A DNA stretch of 64,000 nucleotides, taken from assembly GCA_044358055.1 (NCBI GenBank), contig JBIKOL010000001.1:46499-110498 (forward strand), in the 5' to 3' direction. Made by a program: the position numbers and the translations under genes. This document shows positions 48,160 to 57,363 of the stretch, one piece after another; position 1 is the first letter of the stretch, and each line of letters opens with the position of its first letter. Source of the stretch: Candidatus Obscuribacteraceae bacterium (GTDB lineage: Bacteria; Cyanobacteriota; Vampirovibrionia; Obscuribacterales; Obscuribacteraceae). The notes under the pieces were generated by a model. The model saw nothing but the letters and a program-made list of their open reading frames with translations, searched no databases and was not told the origin of the DNA.

Positions 48160-48858
48160 TTAAACCAGTCCACGTCTCATTGCTTGCACAGCTGCTTGCG
48201 TGCGATCGTCAACCGCCAGTTTATTTAAAATATTGCGAACGTGCGTTTTTGCTGTGGCAAGAGAAATGATTAGCTTATCCGCAATCTCTTGATTGGAGAG
48301 TCCTTCCACCAATAGGTTCAGAACCTCGAGTTCCCGAGGTGAGAGTGGCTCCGGGAGGCTCATGTTTTGGTCTTTCTTTGCAGGTGCCTGCGCTGCGCTG
48401 TGCTCTGCGCCGCCAGCGGTCGAGCTGTTGTATTGCTTCAAAACTTTGCCGGCAATTGTTGAATCGAGCCAGATGTCGCCTGCCACAACACTGCGTATTG
48501 CGGAATAAAGGCGCTCGGGTTCAACATCTTTCAGGCAGTATCCACCGGCGCCAGCTGCCAGCGATGCAAAAATGTCACGCTCGTTGTCATGCGAAGTCAG
48601 CATGACAATTGCAATGTCCGCGTGCTTCTCTCTTATCTTCTTTGAAGCCTCTATCCCATCAAGTACAGGCATTCCTACATCCATCAATATGACATCAGGC
48701 ACTAGCTCATCTACCAGTCTCACCGCTTGCTCGCCGTCTTCCGCTTCTCCTATTACTTTCAAATCGGAAGTTCTTTCAATAACGGCTTTAAGACCTATGC
48801 GCGTAAGCAGATGGTCCTCAACAAGTACAATTCTGATGTTTTTTTGTGTTTCTGTCAT
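48160..48858 (-). CDS. NarL/LuxR-family response regulator
   Basis: Receiver (VLVEDH, ILMDVGMPVLDG, LTSH) plus LuxR HTH (LSPRELEVLNLLVEGLSNQEIADKL). ATG 48858. Confidence 0.93.
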   Translation of the reverse strand: MTETQKNIRIVLVEDHLLTRIGLKAVIERTSDLKVIGEAEDGEQAVRLVDELVPDVILMDVGMPVLDGIEASKKIREKHADIAIVMLTSHDNERDIFASLAAGAGGYCLKDVEPERLYSAIRSVVAGDIWLDSTIAGKVLKQYNSSTAGGAEHSAAQAPAKKDQNMSLPEPLSPRELEVLNLLVEGLSNQEIADKLIISLATAKTHVRNILNKLAVDDRTQAAVQAMRRGLV

Positions 48859-48971
48859 TATTAACTCGCAAAGCAAGGCGAAAGGTCTATGTCTACCATA
48901 GTATAGAAATTAGAGACAAAAGAGTCTATTATTCAAAAGTCTGATTTAACCGGTGACTTGTATACTACAGC

Positions 48972-50573
48972 ATGGAACATCCTGTTGACGACATTGAACT
49001 AAGGAAAAAGTGGCTTAGTTTTAGCATTGAGGATGAGGATCTGGTCAAGGAGGTCGATGAACTCCTTGAGGAGAATATCGATCCACTCATTGATGACATG
49101 TATGCGCACTTTCTTACTTTTCCAGAAACAAGAAAGTTTTTTCCGGACGACGCAACTCTTCAACGCGCTCAAATCGCTCAGAAGAGCTACTTCCGGCGCT
49201 TGACCAAAGGGAATTACGACGCCGCATACGTTGCAGAACGGCTTGCTGTAGGCACCACTCACTATCGGATTGGGCTGGATCCAATCTGGTATTTAGGTGC
49301 ATACAACCGGGTCATGACCTGGCTCAGGCGTCTGGTTCAAGATAAGTACGCTCATGACGTCGAAAAATACATGCATGTGATTGCGGCTCTGACCAGGCTA
49401 ATCTTCTTTGACATGGGCCTTGCAATTGAGGCTTACACAATAGCAAAAGAGAAAGCCATCAGAGAGCAGAGTGATGCCATCAGAGAACTGGAAACACAGC
49501 GACGTGTGACCAAAAGCATTTTGGAAGATGCTCCAATCGGAATCGCTCATCTGGACAAAGAGCTGCGCATCGTGGAATGCAATCAAGAATTCATCGAGAT
49601 GCTCGGTGGCGCGGATCGTGAATCGCTCTCTGCGCAGCGCCTTCCAGAAGTGGCTCCGGGATTGCCTATTCAAATATTCGAAGATGTAATTTCAACGGGG
49701 CAACCCGACAGGCGTACAGCAGATCCGCTTTTTCTTAATCCTGATGGCACTCCTGGACATTTCGATTGGGCTACCTGGCCGATCAAGAATGAAGCCTCCG
49801 AAACAGTGGGGCTGGTAACCATATTTGTCGATGTTACCGACCGCGTAATGCTTCAGCAACAAAGAGAGGACTTTGTAGCTACCCTGACTCATGATTTGAA
49901 GACTCCAATACTTGCAGCTAACCGCGCGATTAAGTTGCTTATGGAAGGTGACTTTGGACCGGTAGTTGAAGCTCAATCGAAAATACTCGGTACCATACAC
50001 CAGAGCAATAGTGCTCTCTACAAAATGGTGCAAACACTGCTTGATGTTTATCGTTACGATAGCGGAGCCAAGAAGCTCACGGTAAGCGTACATGATCTCA
50101 AAGAAACCATACTGGCGACAGTGGAGGAGCTGCGGGCTCTGGCTGATACAAAAAACGTCCAACTCAATCTTGAACTGCCTGGCTCACCATTTTCAGTTCA
50201 ATACGATACTGAAGAAGTAAGGAGAGTTCTGCAAAACTTGCTCGACAACTCTCTTAAATTTACCCCAAGTGGTGGCACCATCAAAGTTAGCCTTGAGCAA
50301 ATCGACAACTCTATTGTAAGGGTCACCGTATCTGATACCGGAAAAGGGATAAGCGAAGAAGACAGACCTAAGCTATTTCAACGCTTCTGGCAGGCAGCTT
50401 CAAGCGGTGGGCGTTACTATGCAAGCACCGGCTTGGGGCTATATCTCTGCCGGAAAATTGTTGAACTGCACGGTGGCAAAATCGCATGCGAAAGCAAAGT
50501 TGGAGTTGGCAGCAATTTCTATTTCACTCTTCCGATCGAGCAAAAGAATGGGGAAAGCAACGAACTAGAGTAA
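48972..50573 (+). CDS. Globin-coupled sensor histidine kinase (protoglobin-like sensor, PAS, HisKA, HATPase)
   Basis: The N-terminus matches the globin-coupled-sensor pattern (DDMYAHFLTFPETRKFF ... YDAAYVAERLAVGTTHYRIGLDPIWYLGAY, with the proximal His in THYRIG). It is followed by a PAS-like region, H-box LTHDLKTPI, and DTGKGI / GLGLYLCRKIV. Confidence 0.85.
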   Translation: MEHPVDDIELRKKWLSFSIEDEDLVKEVDELLEENIDPLIDDMYAHFLTFPETRKFFPDDATLQRAQIAQKSYFRRLTKGNYDAAYVAERLAVGTTHYRIGLDPIWYLGAYNRVMTWLRRLVQDKYAHDVEKYMHVIAALTRLIFFDMGLAIEAYTIAKEKAIREQSDAIRELETQRRVTKSILEDAPIGIAHLDKELRIVECNQEFIEMLGGADRESLSAQRLPEVAPGLPIQIFEDVISTGQPDRRTADPLFLNPDGTPGHFDWATWPIKNEASETVGLVTIFVDVTDRVMLQQQREDFVATLTHDLKTPILAANRAIKLLMEGDFGPVVEAQSKILGTIHQSNSALYKMVQTLLDVYRYDSGAKKLTVSVHDLKETILATVEELRALADTKNVQLNLELPGSPFSVQYDTEEVRRVLQNLLDNSLKFTPSGGTIKVSLEQIDNSIVRVTVSDTGKGISEEDRPKLFQRFWQAASSGGRYYASTGLGLYLCRKIVELHGGKIACESKVGVGSNFYFTLPIEQKNGESNELE

Positions 50574-50578
50574 GTGCT

Positions 50579-51076
50579 TTATTTGCTTCCGGATTTTGCT
50601 TCCTGCTTTGATTGTTTTTCCTTCTTTGCTAAATCCGGTAAGCGCACGATAGTTACTGAGCATGGCGCGTGGCTTGATACTGATTGAGACACGCTGCCGA
50701 GAAAGAATCGATCGAGCCCTGTTCTTCCATGTGAGCCAAGAACAATCCAATCATACTCGCCTTCTTTTGCTTCGCGCACGATTTCTCCGGCTGGGCTGCC
50801 CATCTCAATCAGCCTGTTGGTCTTGAGCCCCGGAAATCTTTCTTTGAGTTTGCTTTCAATCAATTCCAAAATGTTCTTTGCAGCTCTCTCGTCCTCTTTC
50901 ATGATTGCATCAAGATATGCCGCAGGGACCGCAAAGCCATAATCCTGAACGGGAAGTGGCTTAATGACTGTCATAATTGTGATTTCAGTCCCTTCAGGAA
51001 ACTCGTGTTTGGCGAGAAAATCGACCTGAGCTTCAGCGTAGGTTCTATCCTCAACTGGCAATAGTATTCTAGTCAT
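50579..51076 (-). CDS. Universal stress protein (UspA family)
   Basis: ILLPVED..., WIVLGSHGRTGLDRFFLGSVSQSVSSHAPCSVTIVR. Confidence 0.9.
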   Translation of the reverse strand: MTRILLPVEDRTYAEAQVDFLAKHEFPEGTEITIMTVIKPLPVQDYGFAVPAAYLDAIMKEDERAAKNILELIESKLKERFPGLKTNRLIEMGSPAGEIVREAKEGEYDWIVLGSHGRTGLDRFFLGSVSQSVSSHAPCSVTIVRLPDLAKKEKQSKQEAKSGSK

Positions 51077-51245
51077 GATCTGTTCCGCCTTTTGTTTACC
51101 TGATGTAAGTATTGCAGAGCGATGGACCTCTGTCCTCCTTCTTAAGCTAGTCCCTCCGAATGATTTTCCCTAACTTTTGTCATACCAAATATGGTTCTTA
51201 TAAACCGATGGGTTTTCTGCTCTAATATCCTCAGGAGGATCTCTG

Positions 51246-51929
51246 ATGATTTGCAAAAGCCCATCCAATTTGATTAGCCTTCTCTGTCTGGCGTTTTTGG
51301 CAGTGGCGTCGAAGGCTGACGCGCAAGACGAGCAAAAAGGCAAAACCTTATTTGCTAAATTGAAATGTGCCGAGTGCCATTCAGTTAAGGGCAACGGCGG
51401 CTGCCTCGGACCGCCGCTCGATGGAGTAATGAAACGACGAGATGCCACATATGTTCGCATGCGCTTGAACAAGGAAGACGAAAGCAGTTTTATCAAACTT
51501 ATAGGTCATCCAGAACTCATGCCGCACCCAAGGTTCAGCAAAGCCGATGTGGCAAATCTGATTACCTATTTGAATACTCTGCCGGACGAGCAGACAGAAC
51601 CCGTGCATCATGATGTTAAAAGCAATAACTCGGCTCCCGATGCCAAGTCTGTCAAGTCGCCAGACCTGGCATCAGTACAGGCGGGAAAAAAGCTTTTCTA
51701 CCAGAGCGCTTGCTTAGCCTGCCATTCAGTAGGTGGAACTGGAGGCTCGAGCGGGCCTGCTCTTGATAAAGTCGCAGAAAGACGAAGCGTTGAGAGTATT
51801 GAGGCTTTCATTGCCAATCCTCGTCCAGCTTCAGGCAAGCAGCTGATGCCGCCCTTGAAATTGACTGAGCGAGAGCGCCATCAAATCGCCGATTTCCTGA
51901 TTAGTCTTTCAGTAAATTCAAAAAAATAA
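51246..51929 (+). CDS. Exported di-heme c-type cytochrome
   Basis: Signal LLCLAFLAVASKADA. Two CxxCH motifs (CAECH, CLACH), each followed by a distal Met region (LMP, LMPP). Confidence 0.88.
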   Translation: MICKSPSNLISLLCLAFLAVASKADAQDEQKGKTLFAKLKCAECHSVKGNGGCLGPPLDGVMKRRDATYVRMRLNKEDESSFIKLIGHPELMPHPRFSKADVANLITYLNTLPDEQTEPVHHDVKSNNSAPDAKSVKSPDLASVQAGKKLFYQSACLACHSVGGTGGSSGPALDKVAERRSVESIEAFIANPRPASGKQLMPPLKLTERERHQIADFLISLSVNSKK

Positions 51930-51958
51930 GATCTGGACGGGGAACTGAAACCATCTGT

Positions 51959-51983
51959 GTAGGGGCGAGACCATGTCTCGCCC
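51959..51983 (+). repeat. REP-like element, family 1 variant with compensatory stem changes
   Basis: gtaggggcgagaccatgtctcgccc. Three stem positions differ from the other copies on both arms, so pairing is kept. Lies 30 nt after the cytochrome c stop. Confidence 0.85.
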
Positions 51984-52071
51984 TGTTAACTAACCCTTAG
52001 TTGAGTTTTGCAAGGAAACTGATTCTGGAGTATTGTTGAAGGTCTAAATCCACTCGCCACCCCGCTAAGCA

Positions 52072-53256
52072 ATGCCAGCAATATTCAAGAATGCATCTAA
52101 GCTCCCCAGAAATGTTTGGGTGCTCGGCATTGCTTCTTTGCTCACCGACAGTAGCTCGGAAATGATTCATGCTGTGCTGCCGCTCTTCCTTGTAAGTTCG
52201 CTTGGAGCCAGCCTGACAACGGTAGGTTTGATCGAAGGAGCAGGCGAGTCGATTGCTTCAATTACCAAATTGTTTTCTGGCTCCTTGAGTGATTGTCTAG
52301 GAAAGCGTAAGCTCCTGGTTGTTGCTGGTTATGCATTCTCCACATTGATGAAGCCACTATTTGCATTCGCCTCCAGCCCCTGTCTAGTTGGCGTGGCAAG
52401 AGCAGGCGATCGTATAGGTAAGGGAATAAGAGGCGCCCCTCGTGACGCGCTTGTGGCTGATAGTGTCTCAGAAGAGCAACGCGGCGCTGCTTTCGGTCTC
52501 CGCCAGTCGCTGGATACCGTTGGGGCGGTAATTGGTCCGTGTCTGGCTTTCATATTAATGATGAGCAGCTCTAATAATTATCGCTTTCTCTTTCTTGTCG
52601 CCTTGTTGCCGGCAGTAATGGCAGTTCTGGCACTTGCAATTGGATTGCAGGAAAAGGAAAAAGCAAAAAATGCGTCCAAAGGAAATCCCTTGCATTGGGA
52701 TGCCTTGCGCTCTCTGGGAAAAGCATATTGGCTCCTGTTTGCCGTAGCTCTGGTGTTCAACCTTGCTAACTCTAGTGATGCATTTATCCTATTGCGACTG
52801 AAACAGTTGGGTCTTTCTTCAAGTTTAGTCCCGCTTGCACTTGTGCTTATGAATCTGACCTATGCACTCTCCGCATATCCGCTCGGCGTACTTTCAGACA
52901 GGATTGGTCGTTTCGCTTTATTTCTTGCCGCCACCTTGATATACGCAATCGTCTACGCTGGTTTTGCCTTCTCCGGGTCGTTTGTTCAAATCTTCTTCTT
53001 TCTGGCAATATATGGCATTCAGATGGGAGCTGGTCAGGGAGCATTACTCGCCATGGTTGCGGATGTGGTGCCAGTCGATCGGCGAGGTACTGCATTTGGT
53101 TTTATCAATCTGGCTACAGGAATCACCATGCTTCCTGCCAGCTTGATTGCTGGATATCTCTGGGAGCACGTTTCGCCAGGGGCACCTTTTATCTTCGCTA
53201 GTGGAGTTGCATTAATTGCGGCGCTGCTATTCGGCCTCGTCTGTAAACAAAAATAA
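52072..53256 (+). CDS. MFS transporter
   Basis: 12 TM helices. MFS motif A copies GSLSDCLGKRK and GVLSDRIGRF. Confidence 0.88.
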   Translation: MPAIFKNASKLPRNVWVLGIASLLTDSSSEMIHAVLPLFLVSSLGASLTTVGLIEGAGESIASITKLFSGSLSDCLGKRKLLVVAGYAFSTLMKPLFAFASSPCLVGVARAGDRIGKGIRGAPRDALVADSVSEEQRGAAFGLRQSLDTVGAVIGPCLAFILMMSSSNNYRFLFLVALLPAVMAVLALAIGLQEKEKAKNASKGNPLHWDALRSLGKAYWLLFAVALVFNLANSSDAFILLRLKQLGLSSSLVPLALVLMNLTYALSAYPLGVLSDRIGRFALFLAATLIYAIVYAGFAFSGSFVQIFFFLAIYGIQMGAGQGALLAMVADVVPVDRRGTAFGFINLATGITMLPASLIAGYLWEHVSPGAPFIFASGVALIAALLFGLVCKQK

Positions 53257-53456
53257 CTCTCGCATTTCAACACAGACAAGTGTGTAAATCGTCTGTAGAA
53301 GGTAAGCCCGAAAATCGCGAAAGTAAGATGAGACAGTGAATGTTCCAAAAATCTTTATTTCTTCAGCTTTCAGAATCCTTGCTACTATAGAAATAGTATC
53401 GGTCCTTCCCCTAACTGGTAGGTTTAATTTAAGAACGCGTAGACGCGGACAATCTT

Positions 53457-53981
53457 ATGAAAAAAATGGAAATGCGCATAGGCGCAATCGGAATTGATGA
53501 GAAAAGCGGTGACCCTATTGTCGTATTGAAAGATACGGAAAATACACGCGTACTGCCTATCTGGATCGGACTGCCTGAAGCTCGTGCTATTACTCTTGCC
53601 GCTAATAAAGTAGTCTCGCCACGGCCACTTACACATGACTTGCTCTATTCAACCATTGAGCAGCTTGGCTATAAGGTAAAAGAAGTTGTTATTGACAAAA
53701 TAGAGTCGCACACGTTTATCGCTACAATTTATCTGCACTCCCCTGGATCAGATGGGGCAAGTGCCTTAGCTATCGATGCACGTCCAAGTGACGCAATCGC
53801 GCTTGCGTTAAAGGCAGAGGCGCCTTTGATGGTTGCTGAAAATATTGTTGCAGAGGCTGGGGTTTCTGTAGTACAGGCCGCTCCGAAGGACGAAGAATTC
53901 AGTGAATTCGTTTCTTCAGTCAAGGCTTCCGATTTCAAGGTAGCTGGTAAGGTAGAACTGCCTCCCGACGAAGAGGAATAG
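53457..53981 (+). CDS. Bifunctional nuclease (BFN/DUF151) domain protein
   Basis: PIVVLKDTENTRVLPIWIGLPEARAI ... RPLTHDL ... IDARPSDAIALALK family pattern. An intrinsic terminator follows. Confidence 0.85.
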   Translation: MKKMEMRIGAIGIDEKSGDPIVVLKDTENTRVLPIWIGLPEARAITLAANKVVSPRPLTHDLLYSTIEQLGYKVKEVVIDKIESHTFIATIYLHSPGSDGASALAIDARPSDAIALALKAEAPLMVAENIVAEAGVSVVQAAPKDEEFSEFVSSVKASDFKVAGKVELPPDEEE

Positions 53982-54006
53982 GCGTTTTAAGAATCCGAAA
54001 AATGTG

Positions 54007-54040
54007 AGGCTTCGCTTGAAAAAAGGAAGCCTTTCTGTTT
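54007..54040 (+). terminator. Intrinsic terminator after the BFN gene
   Basis: aggcttc ... gaagcct followed by ttctgttt. Confidence 0.6.
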
Positions 54041-54149
54041 AAAAAAATCCTTCTCTAGATCTTAAATAATTCAGCAAAACGAATGATGAATCTGTTCCTT
54101 TGAGGGTGCAAAATTAAAGCGGAAGGATGGACAATGGAAGGATTCTGTT

Positions 54150-55166
54150 ATGAAGATTCTTGTGCCAATTGAAGATCCGCTATTTGCGGCAGTAGTGGTG
54201 CAGTTCATACACAGGCACAAATGGCCTGAAAATACAGAATTGCATTTAGTTCACGTACTGGAGCCATTCTTATTGGAAAGAAGCAGAAGTGCAGCGTTTT
54301 CCAGGCTTCTCTCACAATCTGAGAGTTATGTCGTAAACAACGCCAGACTTATGCTCGAAAGTGTAGAAAATGAGATCAGAAAAGGCAGTTCGCTAAATAT
54401 TAGTTTCGAGCTGAGAAGCGGCGCTGTGCTGCCTGAAATTCTTGCTGTGGCACGGCAGCAAAAAGTAGACTTGATTGTTGCAGGTTCTCACGGTAGAAGT
54501 GGTTTTAATCGGTTTCTTCTCGGAAGTGTCTCTCTTGCACTTGTCGCCGACGCCCCTTGCCCTGTCTTGCTTGTAAAACCGGCTGAAGAGACTATACGAC
54601 TTTGGGAAGAAGTAGCGCCAAGTGCTCTTGCAGAGTCCAATATTTCTCAATTCATGCAGGGGCCTAATACAGAAGAACCAGCTGAGAAAATCCTCGTCTG
54701 CGTTGATGACAAAGAAATGTCAAATCGTTTGTCGAGTTTCCTTGTGAAACACAAATGGGCTCATTCAGCTCATTTCAAGCTGCTCTCTGTCGTTCAACCA
54801 TTGCGTTTAGCCAACCTGATGTCGGCTGCAGATTTACACATGATGCAATCGGAAATGCTGCAATCGAAAAAAGAGCTGTTGGGAGTTCTTGCCTTGAAGT
54901 TATGCGAGAATGGCACCAGTGTGGAAGCTGAAGTCATAGAAGGCGATCCAAAGGCTGCAATTTTGCAAACTGCAGCAAATTGGCAAGCTGATCTCATAGT
55001 GATGGGAGCCGGTGGTTTTGGAACTGAATACAAAGATAAAAAGAGAATCGGCAGCGTAGCACTGGCTATAATGTCAAAAGCTGCTTGCTCTGTGCTGTTT
55101 TTGCAAGACTGCCATAACCACGAAATGAACCGCTACATGTCAGCTACTGCGGCCAGTTTGGCGTGA
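54150..55166 (+). CDS. Tandem universal stress protein (two Usp domains)
   Basis: Two Usp units (LIVAGSHGRSGFNRFLLGSVSLALVADAPCPVLLVK and LIVMGAGGFG...IGSVALAIMSKAACSVLFL). Confidence 0.88.
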   Translation: MKILVPIEDPLFAAVVVQFIHRHKWPENTELHLVHVLEPFLLERSRSAAFSRLLSQSESYVVNNARLMLESVENEIRKGSSLNISFELRSGAVLPEILAVARQQKVDLIVAGSHGRSGFNRFLLGSVSLALVADAPCPVLLVKPAEETIRLWEEVAPSALAESNISQFMQGPNTEEPAEKILVCVDDKEMSNRLSSFLVKHKWAHSAHFKLLSVVQPLRLANLMSAADLHMMQSEMLQSKKELLGVLALKLCENGTSVEAEVIEGDPKAAILQTAANWQADLIVMGAGGFGTEYKDKKRIGSVALAIMSKAACSVLFLQDCHNHEMNRYMSATAASLA

Positions 55167-55178
55167 AAAATTGAATAC

Positions 55179-56162
55179 TCATTCGCCAGGTTCGCCAAAT
55201 TGATTGCGGGCATTAGCAGCGCCACTGGCTGCTCCAGCACGGCTGTATATTGAGCCGCCTCTGGTGCCGGAAGAATCGACTGCGCCCGAACTAAGTCCGG
55301 CACTGTTGCCAGAAGATGAACTGCCTGCCCTTTGTTTGTACATGATTGCATCGGCTTTGGCCTCTTCTGCCATGGCTTCATTTTTTCTGTTAAGGCGCCT
55401 TAGAAGTGCTCCGTGGTTGCGAAGCGCATTTGCGTACTCTGCGCTTTCTGCGCCGCTGCTTCTTTTAGTTAGCCCCATGGATTTAATATAATGAGGTTCA
55501 GCCTCAGCGAATTTCTCCTGGGCATAATAAAGTGAAATCAAGCGGCTCAACGTCTCGCTATGTTGCTTTACTGCCCCTGGCATTTTTTCCGAAAGGGCGA
55601 GAGCATCCTGATAAAGTTTTTCCGCCTGTACGTAATGCTTAAGGGAGGCTTCTTTTGATGCACTGTTTACCAGACTCTGCCATTGTTTCAAATCATCATT
55701 TGTATTTGCACTTGCAGCAGGAATACTTGCTTTGGTGTTTTCTTTATTGGCTGAATCTTGAGTCAGGGCAAACTTTTTTTCAAGGCTTGCAGCTTCGCTT
55801 TCTTTATTTTGTTTCTTGAGAAAGTCGGTATACTGTGTCAACGCTGCCTTGTGTTCATCTGTGAGTGCCCCTTCTTTACTCATAGACAGAATTTTCTTGT
55901 AGAGTTCTTCGGCTTCAGCGTTCTTGTTCTGACGAACATAGCACTGCGCAAGTCCAGCAAGACTTTGTACATAACGAGCAGGAATGTCTGGGCTGCATGC
56001 TTCTAGAGCTTTGTTCCAGTAACTGACTGCATCGTCCAATTTGTTTGCTGCTTCCGCTTCGCAAGCCGCACTCTTCAATTGCCCCCATGATTGTGCATGA
56101 GCGCTTGAGCAAGTGAAGATGATAGATAGGGTGCCTGCAACTAATGAAAGCTTCCGATGCAT
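55179..56162 (-). CDS. Exported TPR-repeat protein
   Basis: Signal LVAGTLSIIFTCSSAHAQ. TPRs (AEELYKKILSM.., AEPHYIKSMGL..). Last gene of a three-gene minus-strand operon. Confidence 0.8.
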   Translation of the reverse strand: MHRKLSLVAGTLSIIFTCSSAHAQSWGQLKSAACEAEAANKLDDAVSYWNKALEACSPDIPARYVQSLAGLAQCYVRQNKNAEAEELYKKILSMSKEGALTDEHKAALTQYTDFLKKQNKESEAASLEKKFALTQDSANKENTKASIPAASANTNDDLKQWQSLVNSASKEASLKHYVQAEKLYQDALALSEKMPGAVKQHSETLSRLISLYYAQEKFAEAEPHYIKSMGLTKRSSGAESAEYANALRNHGALLRRLNRKNEAMAEEAKADAIMYKQRAGSSSSGNSAGLSSGAVDSSGTRGGSIYSRAGAASGAANARNQFGEPGE

Positions 56163-56199
56163 AAGATTTCCCCCTGCTTACCAGAGGTTTATGCCCTGT

Positions 56200-57363
56200 T
56201 TATTTTGTCTTGTAACTGCCGAGGCGTCTGATTATCATGTAATTAGGGTTTTGCGCCTGGCTCTCGTAGCCCAGTTCTTGCAACGAATTTCTGCGCTCGA
56301 AGCTGAAGCCTGGAACTACAAAGAAAGGAATTTCGTGCCCAAGCGAGCAATCTGTTATGTCAATCATGTATTGATTTGGAATTGAGTTGAGAGTCGGCAT
56401 TAGTACCCCCGGGCGACCCAGTCTCTCGAAGCCACCGTGGGCAGTGGCGGATGCGTCGAGTCGCCCGTCGTCAGCATTGAAGTATATGCGAATTTTTTCA
56501 GCAAGGGCTGAGACTTTTGTATTGTGATTTATATAAGCGCGAGCGTCTATATCTGGTTCGCAGAAAATCACCTCTGAATACTTTGGTGTTGAAATTTTGA
56601 AATCGTTTCGAACCGATCTGCGCACCAGTGCATTATCAACAAAATGCGCACCCATGCTGTGTCCAAGGAGTATAGTGTCTGACGCTGGAACATACTGTTC
56701 CACTGCATTTAAAAAAGCATAGAAGGCGTCATAACTTTGCAGCGCGGTTGTTTCGTTTTCCAGATATTTTGTAAAACCGCGCGGCGAATTCCAGTCGAAT
56801 ACTACAAGCGGAACTTGCATGCTGGCTGCGATTTTGGCTGAACGCTCCAGCGAAGCTGTAAATGTTGCACAGCAACCGTGAGCGAAGAAAATAACTTTCT
56901 TGCTGCCGCTGGCGGCGCGATATTTGTCAAACTGGCTCACCATATCCCTATTGGACAATTCACAATCTTTAATAGTGCAGTTCTCTGCAGGGGGGAACGC
57001 TGGTCGTTTTCCGTTGGGAAGCGGAGTGTCCAGATGAATGCGAATCCATCCCATGCGCTGAATTGTTTCATCAGAAATTTCAATAAGGGCAGGGCGAGGT
57101 ATCAAAACGTTTTTCACGCCAAACTGCAAACTGTGTTTTTCAGAACGTTGTTCAAGATAATCAAGCGCGGCTCCAGCTGCCCGCTTTCGTGTGGTGGCGT
57201 AATAAACAGGAATCACCAGCCAGTCCTTGATTTTTGAAGTATCTTCTTTTGTTGGAGCAAGCTCCGCTAAGAGTTTGCAGGAGGATAAACTGAGCATACA
57301 AATTAGCATCGCTGTAATTAGCACAAGCGATCGTCTTACTCTGGTATAGCTGATTTCCGGCAT
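56200..57363 (-). CDS. Lipoprotein alpha/beta hydrolase (DUF900-like)
   Basis: Lipobox LSLSSC. Nucleophile elbow GHSMG. The start codon abuts the stop of the upstream gene with no gap. Confidence 0.8.
   Translation of the reverse strand: MPEISYTRVRRSLVLITAMLICMLSLSSCKLLAELAPTKEDTSKIKDWLVIPVYYATTRKRAAGAALDYLEQRSEKHSLQFGVKNVLIPRPALIEISDETIQRMGWIRIHLDTPLPNGKRPAFPPAENCTIKDCELSNRDMVSQFDKYRAASGSKKVIFFAHGCCATFTASLERSAKIAASMQVPLVVFDWNSPRGFTKYLENETTALQSYDAFYAFLNAVEQYVPASDTILLGHSMGAHFVDNALVRRSVRNDFKISTPKYSEVIFCEPDIDARAYINHNTKVSALAEKIRIYFNADDGRLDASATAHGGFERLGRPGVLMPTLNSIPNQYMIDITDCSLGHEIPFFVVPGFSFERRNSLQELGYESQAQNPNYMIIRRLGSYKTK

Noticed and set aside
48961-48974. TATACT 5 nt upstream of the globin-kinase ATG as a leaderless-mRNA promoter
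   Set aside because: There is no acceptable -35 or extended -10 element at the right spacing, so the evidence is insufficient.
51243-51260. CUGAUGA hammerhead-like core
   Set aside because: It overlaps the SD and start codon of the cytochrome c gene, and there is no GAAA core or flanking helices.
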